A DNA stretch of 64,000 bases, taken from assembly GCA_951406725.2 (NCBI GenBank), contig OX597815.1, positions 91,822,001-91,886,000 on the forward strand. The letters run 5' to 3'. Positions 13,900-26,300 of this stretch are shown piece after piece. The stretch is from Octopus vulgaris. Taxonomy: Eukaryota. Made by a program: the position numbers and the translations under genes. The first letter of the stretch is position 1, and each line of letters starts with the position of its first letter. Below the pieces are notes generated by a model that was not told where the DNA came from, did not search any database, and worked only from the letters and a program-made list of their open reading frames with translations.

Positions 13900-15993
13900 A
13901 CCCAAACATCATATCACTGTTATCAATGAATGTTAGAGGTCTGTTATAAATCAATAACCAGGAGTAAAATCTGCTGTCTAGATTTTGCAAAATGCAATCA
14001 AGCAATATGTACAGAAATCATAGTGGCACCAATTATAGTGGATGCAGAGATTCATACTGAAGTATGTCACATTCTGTATTAAGAAGAAAGAGATACCATG
14101 GCAGAGTTACTATATTCATCCTTAAAAATATCACACTTTTAGTCTTGCTGTCATACTTTAATTCAGTTTGTGACGCACTAATAGTATATTAGTGTGTCAC
14201 TAATATACTAAACAACTTAATTTGATTATATGGAAAAACATGCCAGCAACCTGATGCCTCGATGGAAGTAAATTTGAAGAAAGCCTTGATAAGATAAAAG
14301 AGGTGTTAACCAGACTGGACCAACATGACATATTCTTCATGGGTGACTTTAACATCCCCAATACTGAACAGACCAAATGCCACATTCTGTTAGGAAATCA
14401 CTAAATGAACAAAAACAACAAGCAGAATATCTATTTGAACAAATTATACTATAACCAACCAGGAATGAATACATTTTAGACCTGTTCTTCACATAGATCT
14501 CATCTACAATGTATGGTCCAAGAAATTTTCATAAAGCTGACTGGAAGTTATTTCAAAGAGAGATTCTCAAACAGAACACACTTGAAAGTTTCTCTATGCA
14601 AAACAAACGCATAAAACTTGAGCAATTTATGTCAATAATTCATTAAATACATTCCAGAACCTACACTGTAAAGTCCAAAGTAAAAGGAGCACTTGAACTC
14701 TATCCAATATTTTGCCCTTTTGGTTAGGAAACATTTAGATCAGTTCTTTGACACCACAGCAAGTAACAGTTGCATCAACATAAAAGAGGAAGATGTAATA
14801 TCAACTATAGATGGAATGAGCTTAAACTCAGCAATAGGCCCTGGTATATTCCCAACAATCCTCAGAAAAAACATATTATCAGGCTTTTGTCAAGCCACTC
14901 TAGATGCCCTTTCAAACTTTCTTGGCAAGAAAGAAATCTCCAGATAAGTTAAAAACATAACATGCTTTGTTCATAAAAGAGGAAACAAGGCAGATATTAA
15001 AAGTTAGGCCTCTCTCTACTTCATATGTCTGCAAAGTCATAGAATGAATTATCAGAGAGAAACAAATCAGGTTCTTAGAAGAAAATGAGTTACTGACTAA
15101 TTTTCAGCAAGGCTTTCACTCAAGAAGAAACTACTTTATACAGTTGCCATAATACTATAACTAGGAACAACTACATAAATGTATACATGGTATATTTTGA
15201 CTTTCAAAAAGGCCTTCAATGAAGTTGATCATGGGATATGTGTTATAAACTGTGTGATCTTGACATAATTGGGAAATTAGGAGAGTGGGTTGCATGGCCT
15301 TTTAAGAGGTAAAAGTCAAATAGCTGATGCTAATGGTGCTCTCTCAAAAGAAACACTGATTTTGAATGGACCATCCCAGAGAACTGACTTTTGGCCATAG
15401 CTGTTTATACTAGCAATATCAGACATGCCTTCAGTTATACGAATAGTCACTCTCAACAGCTATGCCAATGATAAAAAGTATCACAGGCAATTAAAAACAC
15501 TGGTATAGCCCCAAAACTATAGAAAGACCTCAATGCAATCTACAAGTGGGCTAAAGAAAATAACATGCAATTTAACACTGGAAAGATCATTACTATTAGC
15601 CTACAAACACATCACATCCAGAATGCACAGGACCTTGAGGGATTGCAATTCCAGGGTCACAGTCAGTGCATGACTGGGAATAAATATGAGTAATGTTGCA
15701 TCTTTCCGTGTACACATTAACAAGATGGCAATGATGTGCAAAAGACTGACAGGATGGATTTTGAAATCATTTTGTATGGAAGAGCAAGAAAGCATGCTGC
15801 ATTTATGGAAAACATTTCTCTTCAGATGTCTGGACTATGCTTGCAACTATGATTGCCAAAAAGTATTAAACTGACTGTAAAACTAAAAGCAATCCAGTGA
15901 TACTACATGAAGAAAATAACCTCAAAACAAAAGCTGAGCAACCAGAAGGGATTGAAAGCACTAAGACTCCATTCTTTGGAAAGTAGACAAAGA

Positions 15994-16038
<45 letters not shown>

Positions 16039-16350
16039 GATTTATATATAGAAAATCCTTGAGGGTCACACCAAACTTCAGTATTGAGAGCTATACCAGT
16101 CCCTTAACTACAGAGTCCTAAAGCTATACTAATCCTTCTCTGCAGAGCCGTAAAGGTCCTACGTTTCTCATAGCAACTTAGGGCTTAAATGCCCAAAGCT
16201 TTTCAGTATCTTGCCAAGATGGATGCAAGTATTTTCAAAAATTGTCTGGATATTCAACTATTATCCCAGATGAGCCAATGTCATGGCAAGAAATGCAAAT
16301 GAATCCACTACATCAAACTTCCTCATTCACAAAAAGCTAACTATCAAAAA
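13900..16350 (+). pseudogene. Ancient, heavily degraded CR1/L2-group LINE ORF2 (APE endonuclease + RT)
   Basis: Remnant motifs collinear with the younger LINE at 23.3-26.5 kb: FMGDFN (14340), LDLFF, QQGF, YFDF-KAFNEVDHG, SYAND, GWILKSF. Many stops and frameshifts. Confidence 0.8.
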
Positions 16351-16511
16351 AAAAGCAGCTCCATAGAAATACTATTAGTTATACAGATGGTGCACAAGCA
16401 TGGCCACAGTCAGTAACTAAAACAAGTAAAATAATATAAAAGAATACATATACATACATAACATACATACATATATGTGTGTGTGCACTCACACATATAC
16501 ACATATATGTA

Positions 16512-16720
16512 GAGGCACGTGGTTTAGTGGTTGGGGTGTTCAATTCATGATCATAAGATTGTGGTTTTGATTCCTGAACTGGGTGATGCATTGTGTTCTT
16601 GAGCAAAACACTTCATTTCACATTGTCCCAGTCCACTCAGCTGGCAAAAATGAGTAATTCTGCGACAGACTGGTATCCCATCCAGGGAGGGAATATACTG
16701 TATACTCCACAGAATCTGCC
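16512..16720 (+). mobile_element. tRNA-derived SINE
   Basis: gaggcacgtggtttagtggtt (A box) ... ggttttgattcc (B box), then the body ttgagcaaaacacttcatttcac...ccagtccactcagctggcaaaaatgagta. Copies at 28842-29050 and 63023-63265. Confidence 0.8.
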
Positions 16721-16934
16721 TTTCTTCCTTTTAGTGTCAATAAAATAAGCACCAGTCAAGTACTGGAGTCAATGTAATTGCCTAATCCTCTCCACCAAAT
16801 TTCAGGCTTTGTACCTATAGAACTTACTGATAATGTGGCTTGTGATACTTTTTTTATATACACTTGTACATATGTGCTGTGTGTGTGTGTTCGTGTGTAT
16901 GTGCGTGTGCATGTGTGTGTATCATGAAGACATG

Positions 16935-17136
16935 TCACTTAGTGGTTAGGGTATTTGGCTTACAAGCGTAAGGTTGTGAGTTCAATTCCTGATGTGATAT
17001 TGTGTCCTTGAGCAAGTCACTTTATTTCATGCTGCTCCAGTCTACTCAGCTACAAAAATGAGTAGTTCCTCTATTTCAAAGGGCCAGCCTTGCCACATTC
17101 TTTATCATGCTAAATCTCACTGAGAACTACGTTAAA
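16935..17136 (+). mobile_element. tRNA-derived SINE, 3'-interrupted by the PLE insertion
   Basis: A and B boxes present. The duplicate at 29241-29510 continues past gagaactacgttaaa into the normal SINE tail, whereas this copy switches to PLE sequence. Confidence 0.8.
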
Positions 17137-17319
17137 AATTACGAATGAAAGTTACGAATAAAGAATTGTGAATAAACAAATACGAAATAAAAATGAAATA
17201 ATAATGATATAAAAATATAAAGGAAAATAAAACGAATGTTAAGTTTTCTTTTCTTTTCAACGTAACTCTTATGTATCCCAAAATATTCGAATTGAGAGTC
17301 TAAAGAAGTAACTTACTAG

Positions 17320-17460
17320 ATTGGTTGTTTGCGATAATTCATAGATTGAATAAAATAAACAACGATAAAAGTGGCTGGTTCCCGTGATGCATTTGTTTCC
17401 GGTTCCTCTGACAGTACTATATAAAGGAATAGATACACCAGTAGAACCTTTTGACAGTTA
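17320..17460 (+). promoter_or_regulatory. Putative Pol II promoter in each repeat unit
   Basis: Inverted CCAAT (ATTGG, 17320), ETS-like TTCCGG (~17397) and TATATAAAG (17418-17426). The motifs recur in all four units. Motif-based inference only. Confidence 0.4.
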
Positions 17461-17753
17461 TTTGTAGTACCTTCTATACATATGTATTATCAAATGCGGA
17501 TTTTACCTTCTTTTCAAGATGTGGCTATGTCTAATTTTCGTCGAGGAAAGAAAAAGATAAGTTAACATTCGTATTATTTTTATCTCTATTTTTTCCTTTA
17601 AATGTTTATTCCTTAAATTTTTAATTTTCAGTTATTTTTATTTATTATTTGTATTTCTATTTATTTGTATATGCTAAGTAAGATTATATTGAAGATATAG
17701 AGTATCATAGAGGTATATAAGATGTAGAGACAGTAAAATATGTTGAGGAATCC

Positions 17754-17853
17754 GGACCTGAAGATTGGGAGTATGTCGACCCGATTAAGTATTGAAATTA
17801 GATACCTCGTATCTAATCAATACCGACGTACTTTCCTGAAATACATGTAGTCT
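17754..17853 (+). ncRNA. Type I hammerhead ribozyme with extended stem II
   Basis: ggac-CTGAAGA-[tgggagtatgtcg...cgacgtactttcc]-GAAA-tacat-GTA-gtct. Stem I ggac/gtct; palindromic stem III tacatgta. Confidence 0.75.
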
Positions 17854-18560
17854 TATAAACGGTAAATACAGGAATTCAGAATAGATATAGTTAGTATAAG
17901 ATTTAATATTTAACATTTTATTGATTGGTAGGGTGTAAAATCTTTCAGTGTTGATTGAGTTGAAGGTGATTCTGTCTCTAAAACTACTTTTATATATACG
18001 AATTAAACATTGAGAGATGTTAAAGAAGTAACTTACTAGATTGGTTGTTTGCGATAATTCATAGATTGAATAAAATTAACAACGATAAAAGTGGCTTGTT
18101 CCCGTGATGCATTTGTTTCCGGTTCCCCTGACAGTATTATATAAAGGAATAGTTACACTAGTAGAACTTTTTGACGTTTCTTTGTGGTACCTTCTATACA
18201 TATGTATTATCAAATGCGGATTTTACCTTCTTTTCAAGATGTGGCTATGTCTAATTTTCGTTGAGGCAAGAGAAGATAAGTTAACATTCGTATTATTTTT
18301 ATCTCTATTTTTATTTTGTATTTATTTATTCGCAATTCTTTATTCATTATTCGTAACTTTCATTCGCAATTTTACTCGTATTTTTTCTCTTTAAATTTTT
18401 TTCCTTTAATGTTTATTCCTTAAATTTTTGATTTTCAGTTATTTTTATTTATTATTTGTATTTCTATTTATTTGTATTTACTAAGTAAGATTATATTGAA
18501 GATATAGAGTATCATAGAGGTATATAAGATGTAGAGATAGTAAAAGATGTTGAGGAATCT

Positions 18561-18660
18561 GGACCTGAAGATTGGGAGTATGTCGACCCGATTAAGTATT
18601 GAAAATAGATACCTCGTATCTAATCAATACCGACGTACTTTCATGAAACACATGTAGTCT
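18561..18660 (+). ncRNA. Type I hammerhead ribozyme with extended stem II (unit 2)
   Basis: ggac-CTGAAGA-...-GAAAC-acat-GTA-gtct; core intact. Confidence 0.8.
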
Positions 18661-19515
18661 TATAAACGGTAAATACAGAATTCAGAATAGATATAGTTAG
18701 TATAAGATTTAATATTTAACATTTTATTGATTGGTAGGGTATAAAATCTTTCAGTGTTGATTGAGTTGAAGGTGATTCTGTCTCTAAAACTACTTTTATA
18801 TATACGAATTAAACATTGAGAGATGTTAAAGAAGTAACTTACTAGATTGGTTGTTTGCAATAATACATAGATTGAATAAAATAAACAACGATAAAAGTGG
18901 CTTGTTCCCGTGATGCATTTGTTTCCGGTTCCCTTGACAGTACTATATAAAGGAATAGATACACCAGTAGAACCTTTTGACATTTATTTGTAGTACCTTC
19001 TATACATATGTATAATCAAATGCGGATTTTACCTTCTTTTCAAGATGTAGCTATGTCTAATTTTCGTCGAGGAAAGGAAAGATAAGTTAACATTCGTATT
19101 TATTTATTCGCAATTCTTTATTCGTAACTTTCATTTGCAAATTTTACTCGTATTTTTTCTCTTTAAATTTTTTTCCTTAAATGTTTATTCCTTAAATTTT
19201 TAATTTTCAGTTATTTTTATTTATTATTTGTATCTTTTTATTTATTATTTGTATTTCAATTTATTTGTATATGTTAAGTAAGATTATATTGAAGATATAG
19301 AGTTGAGGAATCCGGTCCTGAAGATTGGTAGGGTATAAAATCTTTCAGTGTTGATTGAGTTGAAGGTGATTCTGTCTCTAAAACTACTTTCATATATACT
19401 AATTAAACATTGAGAGATGTTCATTTTAGTACATCTAATTTGAATGTCTTTCTTGTGTACTTGGAAGTAATATTCCCTAATAATTATAATATTATATAAA
19501 AAGAATAAAGAAAAC

Positions 19516-19561
<46 letters not shown>

Positions 19562-19682
19562 GAAGTATTGGGGGTGATGTACAGATTTAATATATATATA
19601 TATATATCAAAGGAAAAAGATGTTCAGAATGCTGGATGGTTGTAAAAATATATATTTATTTACATATCATATATTATTACTT

Positions 19683-19725
19683 CATATTAGCGCTTTCAAC
19701 TACTCCTGTAGTTTCATCAGAAATG
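19683..19725 (-). ncRNA. Minimal type I hammerhead ribozyme, sense to PLE copy 1
   Basis: Minus strand: cattt-CTGATGA-aactac-agga-gtagtt-GAAA-gcgc-TA-atatg. Palindromic agcgct stem III, as is typical of PLE hammerheads. Confidence 0.85.
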
Positions 19726-20065
19726 TCAGTTTAAAAATTTTTACCTGTATTTATATTATTGGTAAATGAAGAGGGGAGAGGGAGAGAGTGTGTGTGTGTG
19801 TGTGTGTGTATAATGGAGAATAGATGGAGGGAGAAGGTGAAAGAGAGAGAGAGGGGGAGAGGGATGGGGAAGGTGAAAGACAGAGAATATGGGTGTGTGT
19901 GTTTTAAAACTGTATTTTTTTTCTTTTTTGGGGTCTTTTTGTATTTTTTGGATAACCCTTGTAAGAAACGGAAAGAGAGAAGGAAAAATAGGGTTTGAGA
20001 GGGTTTGTTTTTCAATAGTAGGTGTGTTGCTATGTACACCCACACATACATCCCTACATATGAAC

Positions 20066-20101
<36 letters not shown>

Positions 20102-20780
20102 GGAGGAATCTATTGTGTGTGTACATTTTCATAAACATTCATACATACATGTACTGTGTGATCTTCAAAATGAGAAAGTGAAAAAATAAAATGTAAAAAT
20201 AAAAATATAAAGAAAATGTTGTGTCCATTCTTCATTTGGCGGGTTTCTAAAAGAACAGGTGGTTGACCATTCAATGTTAGATATACATATATATATACAA
20301 CTAAACACTTAGCAATATGTGTACATGCACACACACATATGTAAACGCACACACATACATATACAAAAATACATGCATATAGATACATACATGTACATAC
20401 ATACACACACACACACACATATATGAAAATATATATGTACGCACACATATATACACACATACACATCCACATATAGAGCCACACATATATGCATATACAT
20501 ACATATACTTGCATATATACATATATATACGACCACATATATATATAAAATATATCAAACATGTATGTACATATATATACACGTCCATATGCATATAAGC
20601 ATTTATAATCACATACATAGTTAGAAGTTTAAGATGAATAATTGCATATATAAGAAAAGGAAAGGGAGAATTCTTTCATTTCTATATAAAGATATAGAAA
20701 AAGGTTTTTTTTCTCTTTTTTTTGTGTGTATCACATGATCATTGACTTTTTTACTACTTTTACTTTTTTTAACCGTTCAA

Positions 20781-22978
20781 TTATGGGCCAAATTTTTCTA
20801 TGAAGTGCAGTTCCATAGCTTTACGGTATTGCGGGTCATTCCGTGAGCATTTGTAGAATGGAATAATTTTAAATTTTCCATTTCCGCATACTTCTAGGTG
20901 TTTGCTTAATGGTATCTTGCATAACTCTTCCTCTTTTATATGCTGCCTATGTATTCTGGCGTGTTGGCAGAGAAAGTTGTTTGTTTCGCCAATATAGTTT
21001 TCCTTGCAGTTTGGGCAAGTAATGCAATATATGAAGTTTTGCGCTTTGCAAGTCATATTAGCATTGATCTTAAAGAGAGGGCCATTTTTGAATTTCAAGT
21101 GCAAACCACATTGTAGGTATTTGTAATTAATCTCGTTGTTGCATCTTCTGCAACTTTTGTCTCCACATTCTGTCACTGAGAATTCTGGTCCCTTCTCCGA
21201 TCTGAATTCTGCCCTTGTAAGGTGCTTTTTAAGGTTTTTCGGTTGGCGTTTGCTGTTGAGTAGGATTTTTTTGTTCATCAGGCTCCTCATTTTAGGACTT
21301 TGTTGAAGGATGGGCAAGTTTGATTTTATAGCCTGGAAAATATTTGTTATGCCAGGACTGTGTGTGTAGACGAATGGTATTGTCTGTTTATTGGTTTTCT
21401 CTTTTGGTGTTCTTAATTCGGTGATGTTGAGTTTCAATACCTTTTTAAAAGCTTCCTTTAACAAACCTGAAGGGTATTTTTGTATTTCAGGAAGTCTTGG
21501 AGTTCGTCGAGTCTAGTTTTTCGTGTTGCAGTGTCTGTAACTATAGTGCATATGCGTCTTGCCATGCAGTAGGGTATATTTCTTTTAATGTGTGATGGGT
21601 AGCAAGAGTCAAAGTTGAGATAGTGATGTGTGTCTGTTTTTTTGTAATAAATGTCTGCAGTTACTCTGCAATTTTTTTATTTTTATGAGAATGTCCAGGA
21701 ATGGTAATTCATTAAAGTTGGATTCTGTGGTATTGCTGGGTGCAATTTGTTAAATATCTCTTTAAAGGTGTTTAGGTCCATGTCTGATTTTTCCCAAAAG
21801 ATGAAGCAATCATCAAGAAATCGTTTCCATTGTTTCATGATGTATATCTTGAATTCCTGGTCAAAGGTTTTTTCTACTTCTTTGTAGAGTTTTTCTTCCA
21901 GGAACCCCATGACCAGGTTAGTATATGAAGGTGCAAAGCACGTACCCATAGCTGTGCCCTTTATTTGTTTCTATGTTTTGTGGTTAAATTTAAATGTGTT
22001 TTCCTCCAGAACTATGCGTGTGGCTTTGGTGATGAGATCCGTCTTAAAACGTTCATCGATTTTATCTCTATGTCTTGTCACCCAGTATTCCACTGCTCCC
22101 AGACCTAGAGTGTGGGGAATGTTGGTGTATAGGTTGGTGACATCGAAACTTGTGAGTATGGTACATTCTGGGACTATGTCTGGGATATGTTGTAGGAAAT
22201 CGATGCCATCTCTTACATAGCTTGGTAGGAGGGGGCATAGAGGTTTAAGTATGATGTCTAAAAAGTGGCTAATTTGTTGGGTCGGTGCTTGGGGTCCTGC
22301 CACTAATGGCCTTAGTTTCAGGTCTGTAGGTCTTGGTATTCGTATATATTTGCTTTTTTGTTCGTTAATGGCATTTTGTATTGCCGAGCTTTTGTGGATT
22401 TTCGGCAAGCCATAGAAGTAGCATGTATATTCTTTCTCTTTTTCTGTGAAAGTGTCTCGGCATTCTTCGATCAGTTTTCTGATTTTTGATTTTGTTCTCT
22501 TTTCTGGGTGCCCTGCTTCTTCCTTGTAGCATGTTTCGTCTGTCAGCATTTCCAGTATTTTGTCTTTATAGTAATCCTTATCCATGATTACTATTGCTCC
22601 ACCCTTATCTGCTTCTTTTAAGATTATCGAGTTGTCATTTTTTAGTGTTTGTAGTGCTTCTTTTTCTTCTGTAGAAAGGTTTTGTTTGTATTTTTGTGAC
22701 TTCAGAGGAAATTTGGAGATTGTTTCAATATATGTATCCAGATATTTGTCACTTCCCTTGTAGGGGGTGAAGTGGGATTTCTTTTTGACTATTGATTCAT
22801 CCTCAAAATCCTTATTTCCTAAGAGTTCTAGAAGTCGTATGCGATGGCTAAAGTGTTCCACATCTGATTTCAGTTCGATCAAATTAGGTGTTGGTGTAGG
22901 GGTAAATTTAAAACCCCTTAGTAATAGCGTCATTTCATTCTTATTTATATTTCTATTTGATAAATTTTTTTTTTTCAA
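20781..22978 (-). pseudogene. PLE reverse transcriptase / GIY-YIG endonuclease ORF (disrupted)
   Basis: ADKGGAIV, FYGLPKIHK, LRPLV, SFDVTNLYTNIP, GTAMG, RFLDD, Cys linker CGDKSCRRC, IYCITCPNCKENYIGET...RIHRQH. One stop and frameshifts. Confidence 0.95.
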
Positions 22979-23196
22979 TTTTGTTTCCGGGTTATAATGT
23001 CAACATTAACCAAAATCAGTATTTCAAAATTTTTAAATTTTGAAATGCTGATTTTTTTTTTTTTTTTTTTTTTGCAGATTCAGAATCTCCATAGTCGAAA
23101 AGGTGGGTTCTGTGGAAAAAATAAAAAACAAAAGAAAAACGAAAGTGGGTGTTGTCCATGTCCCCTCCTGCCAGGATGTTTACATTTTCGAATACT
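22966..23196 (+). repeat. Fragment of the long inverted-repeat family also found at 31.1-31.5 kb and 47.0-47.7 kb
   Basis: gtttccgggttataatgtcaacattaaccaaaatcag...cagattcagaatctccatagtcgaaaa...ccaggatgtttacattttcgaatact matches 47480-47686. Confidence 0.9.
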
Positions 23197-23341
23197 AATG
23201 CATCTTTTTTTTATTGTTGCAGTTTAGAATTTGATGGATAAGCATGTGAATGAAGAATTTCCAGAAGAATTATATTTTAGAAAAGATTAAAAAAATAAAG
23301 GAGACTGTAATTAAAAAGAAACCCTATTATGTTTCTTTTTA

Positions 23342-26300
23342 ACTCCAACTACAACAGCTGTACTCCATACAGATGACTCAGCAAAATCAGGCAACATTGA
23401 TACAAAGGCTGACACCTGGACTTACAGGGCACATACAACAAATACAGACAGCCCAGCAGACCGAATATCCAGTCAGCACAGTCCCAGCAACTACAACAGT
23501 CTTGCCAACAATAGGGCAGATGCATTCGGTACAACAAGCATAATAACAGCAAATATCCAGGGTCTTTATCCGAAAACAAAACAGTATAAAGTCCCTTTCT
23601 TGGAAGAATTAGCAACAGAAAACAACTCCAAAATAATTGGAATTACTGAAAGTCATCTCAACGAAAACATCCGCAACAGCGAAATCACAATCAATAGATT
23701 CAACATCTTCAGATGTGATAGACAAGGCAGATCCCATGGGGGCGTTATCATGTATATCCATGATACCTATGCATGCATAGAACTTGTCAATGAATCAAAT
23801 GCCTACTGCAACCTGCTGTGCATAAAAATCATCCAACTTAATACAGTTGTAACAATAATGTACAGACCGCCAAACAGCCCATTATCCTTCACTGAGCCAC
23901 TGACAAAGATCCAACAAATTCTGGGAAACATGGCGAGTCCAATGCCAGACATTATCCTCCTTGGTGACTTCAACTTCCCTAACATCATCTGGCCACATGG
24001 ACACATACTAAAACTGGGGACAAAAGCTGAACAAATACAGGTAGCCAAACTGTTGGAAGTCACAGAGAAATTATACCTCAAACAAATGATGACAGAAGCA
24101 ACAAGAAATAATAATACGATCGACTTGGTTTTCACCAACAACGAGGACACGCTATTTGACCTTCACTCAACCCCAACAATCCTCTCAGACCACAATATTA
24201 TTGAAATGCATTTACACATTGGTAATGAGCCCAATGCCACAACTCTTAAACAAAAGGACATGCCAAAGCTATGCAGGTATGATTATCACCAGGCAAATTG
24301 GGAAACTATTAACAACCAGTTACAAATCATTGACTGGGATCTCTACCTTACTGGGTCAGATAAACACAAGAAATTCTTAAACAAGATCGAAGAAATATGT
24401 GCAAAAAATATTCCTCTTAAGAAAACCAAATCCACAAAAAAACCTGTACCACGGGAGCGAAAGATCCTGATGCGCAAAAGGTCAAGACTAAGAAACAAAA
24501 CATCTAAGCTGACATCAAAACATGAATTACAGAAAGTCCTTGACCAAATATACAGATTAGAAGACAATCTAAAACAACACTATGATGAAGAACGTAACAA
24601 TGCAGAAAAGAGAGCCATAGAAAACATCAAGAAAAATCCAAAATGTTTCTACAGTTTTGCAAAGAAATACTCGAATACCAAGTCAACAATAGGACCTCTC
24701 CAGAGACAAAATGGGGATGTAGTGAATAACCCTATTGAAATGGCAGAAATGTTGGGTCAACAGTATGAAAGTGTCTTCAGTGAGCCATCTAAAACCATGA
24801 AGATCCATGACCCAGGAAAATTCTTCAAGGATATCGACCATACTAAACCTACCCTATCCGACATTGATTTCAACCCAGAAGACATAGAAAGAGCCAGACA
24901 AGCTCTCCATGCACTCGGCTGCAGGGCCTGACGGTTTCAATGCCATGATACTTAAAAACTGCAAGGTACAATTGTTGAAACCCCTTTACATGATATGGAG
25001 GGAATCTATGGAGAATGGCAAAATACCAAATACATATAAAGAAGCACACATAACTCCAATACATAAAGGGGACAGCAAATCAAAACCAAAGAACTACCGA
25101 CCAATCTCACTGACATCACACATTATCAAGGTCTTCGAAAGAATAGTTCGTGGAAAACTGATTGAGTTCCTGGAATCTAACAATCTGATGAATTGCAACC
25201 AGCATGGATTCAGGTTAGGTAGATCATGTCTTTCCCAACTACTGGCACACCATGACCAAATCCTAGAAAATCTAGAGAATGGATACAACACAGATGTTAT
25301 TTACCTCGACTTTGCCAAGGCATTTGACAAGGTAGATCATGGCATCCTGGGTCACAAACTTCGAAAGCTAGGAGTAGGAGGAAAAGTTGGTACATGGATA
25401 CATGAGTTCCTTACAAATAGAACTCAAACAGTCACTGTGAATGGAACCCATTCAACACCATCACCTGTGACCAGCAGTGTTCCCCAGGGTACAGTACTCG
25501 GCCCAATCCTGTTTCTCATCCTCATCTCTGACATAGATGAAGATACAACCAGCAACGTCTCATCCTTTGCTGATGACACCAGGGTCATGAGACAAATCAA
25601 AGACGAGGTGGATACAGAGGCCTTACAAAAGGACCTGACCACCATATATAAATGGCAGGAAACAAACAACATGTTGTTCAATGATAAGAAGTTTGAACTA
25701 ATTTGCTATGGAACAGATCAAGATCTGAAAAATACAACAAACTACAGAAACCCATCAGGACAACAAATAATGGAAAAACAGTGTGTGAAAGATTTAGGCA
25801 TCCACATGGGAACCAGCCTAAAATTCAGAGAACACCTTGACTCAGTCTGTCTTACTGCAAGAAAGTACAGCGGGTGGATCTTGCGCACCTTCAAATCAAG
25901 AGATACCTCAACAATGAAAACCCTCTGAAACAGTATGATACTTCCGAGGATTGACTACTGTTCTCAGTTGTGGTCACCAACAACAAAGGGCCAACTATCT
26001 AAGATGGAATCGCTCCAAAGAAATTTTACCTCATACTTCTCAGAAACGAGGGACCTGGACTATTGGCAAAGACTCAAAACCTTGAAGATGTACTCAATAG
26101 AAAGAAGATTTGAGCGATACCGAATTATATACATTTGGAAAATAATAGAGCAAAAGGTGCCAAACTTTGGTATCAAAACCTACCACTCACTGCGCCACGG
26201 AAGACACTGCCAGCTACCACCAATCAACAAAAAGGCTGGCCAGGCAGCAAAAACCCTGCGAGAGTCAAGTCTGTTGGTTCGAGGAGCACAACTATTCAAC

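Larger units (their letters stand above)
14526..17136 (+). repeat. Copy A of a ~2.6 kb direct duplication
   Basis: Near-identical (scattered substitutions, microsatellite length changes) to 26875-29442, from tttcataaagctgactgg to gagaactacgttaaa. Confidence 0.95.
17292..19421 (+). repeat. Three tandem ~0.6-0.8 kb pLTR-like units (starts ~17302, ~18023, ~18829); a single further unit at ~31600-32410
   Basis: Recurring aaagaagtaacttactagattggttgtttgc ... aattaaacattgagagatgtt. Confidence 0.93.
17137..22965 (-). mobile_element. Penelope-like element copy 1 (Neptune-type), 5'-truncated, with long 3' region
   Basis: RT + GIY-YIG ORF at 22978-20781. The microsatellite-rich 3' UTR and terminal repeat unit are shared with copies 2 and 3. 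Confidence 0.9.

Noticed and set aside
17292-19421. CRISPR-like or satellite array
   Set aside because: The units are 0.6-0.8 kb near-identical repeats without unique spacers, in a eukaryotic context with no cas genes.
20781-22978. Naiad/Chlamys-type (N-terminal EN, selenoprotein) PLE or telomerase
   Set aside because: GIY-YIG is C-terminal after a Cys linker, and the shared stop is TAG, not TGA.
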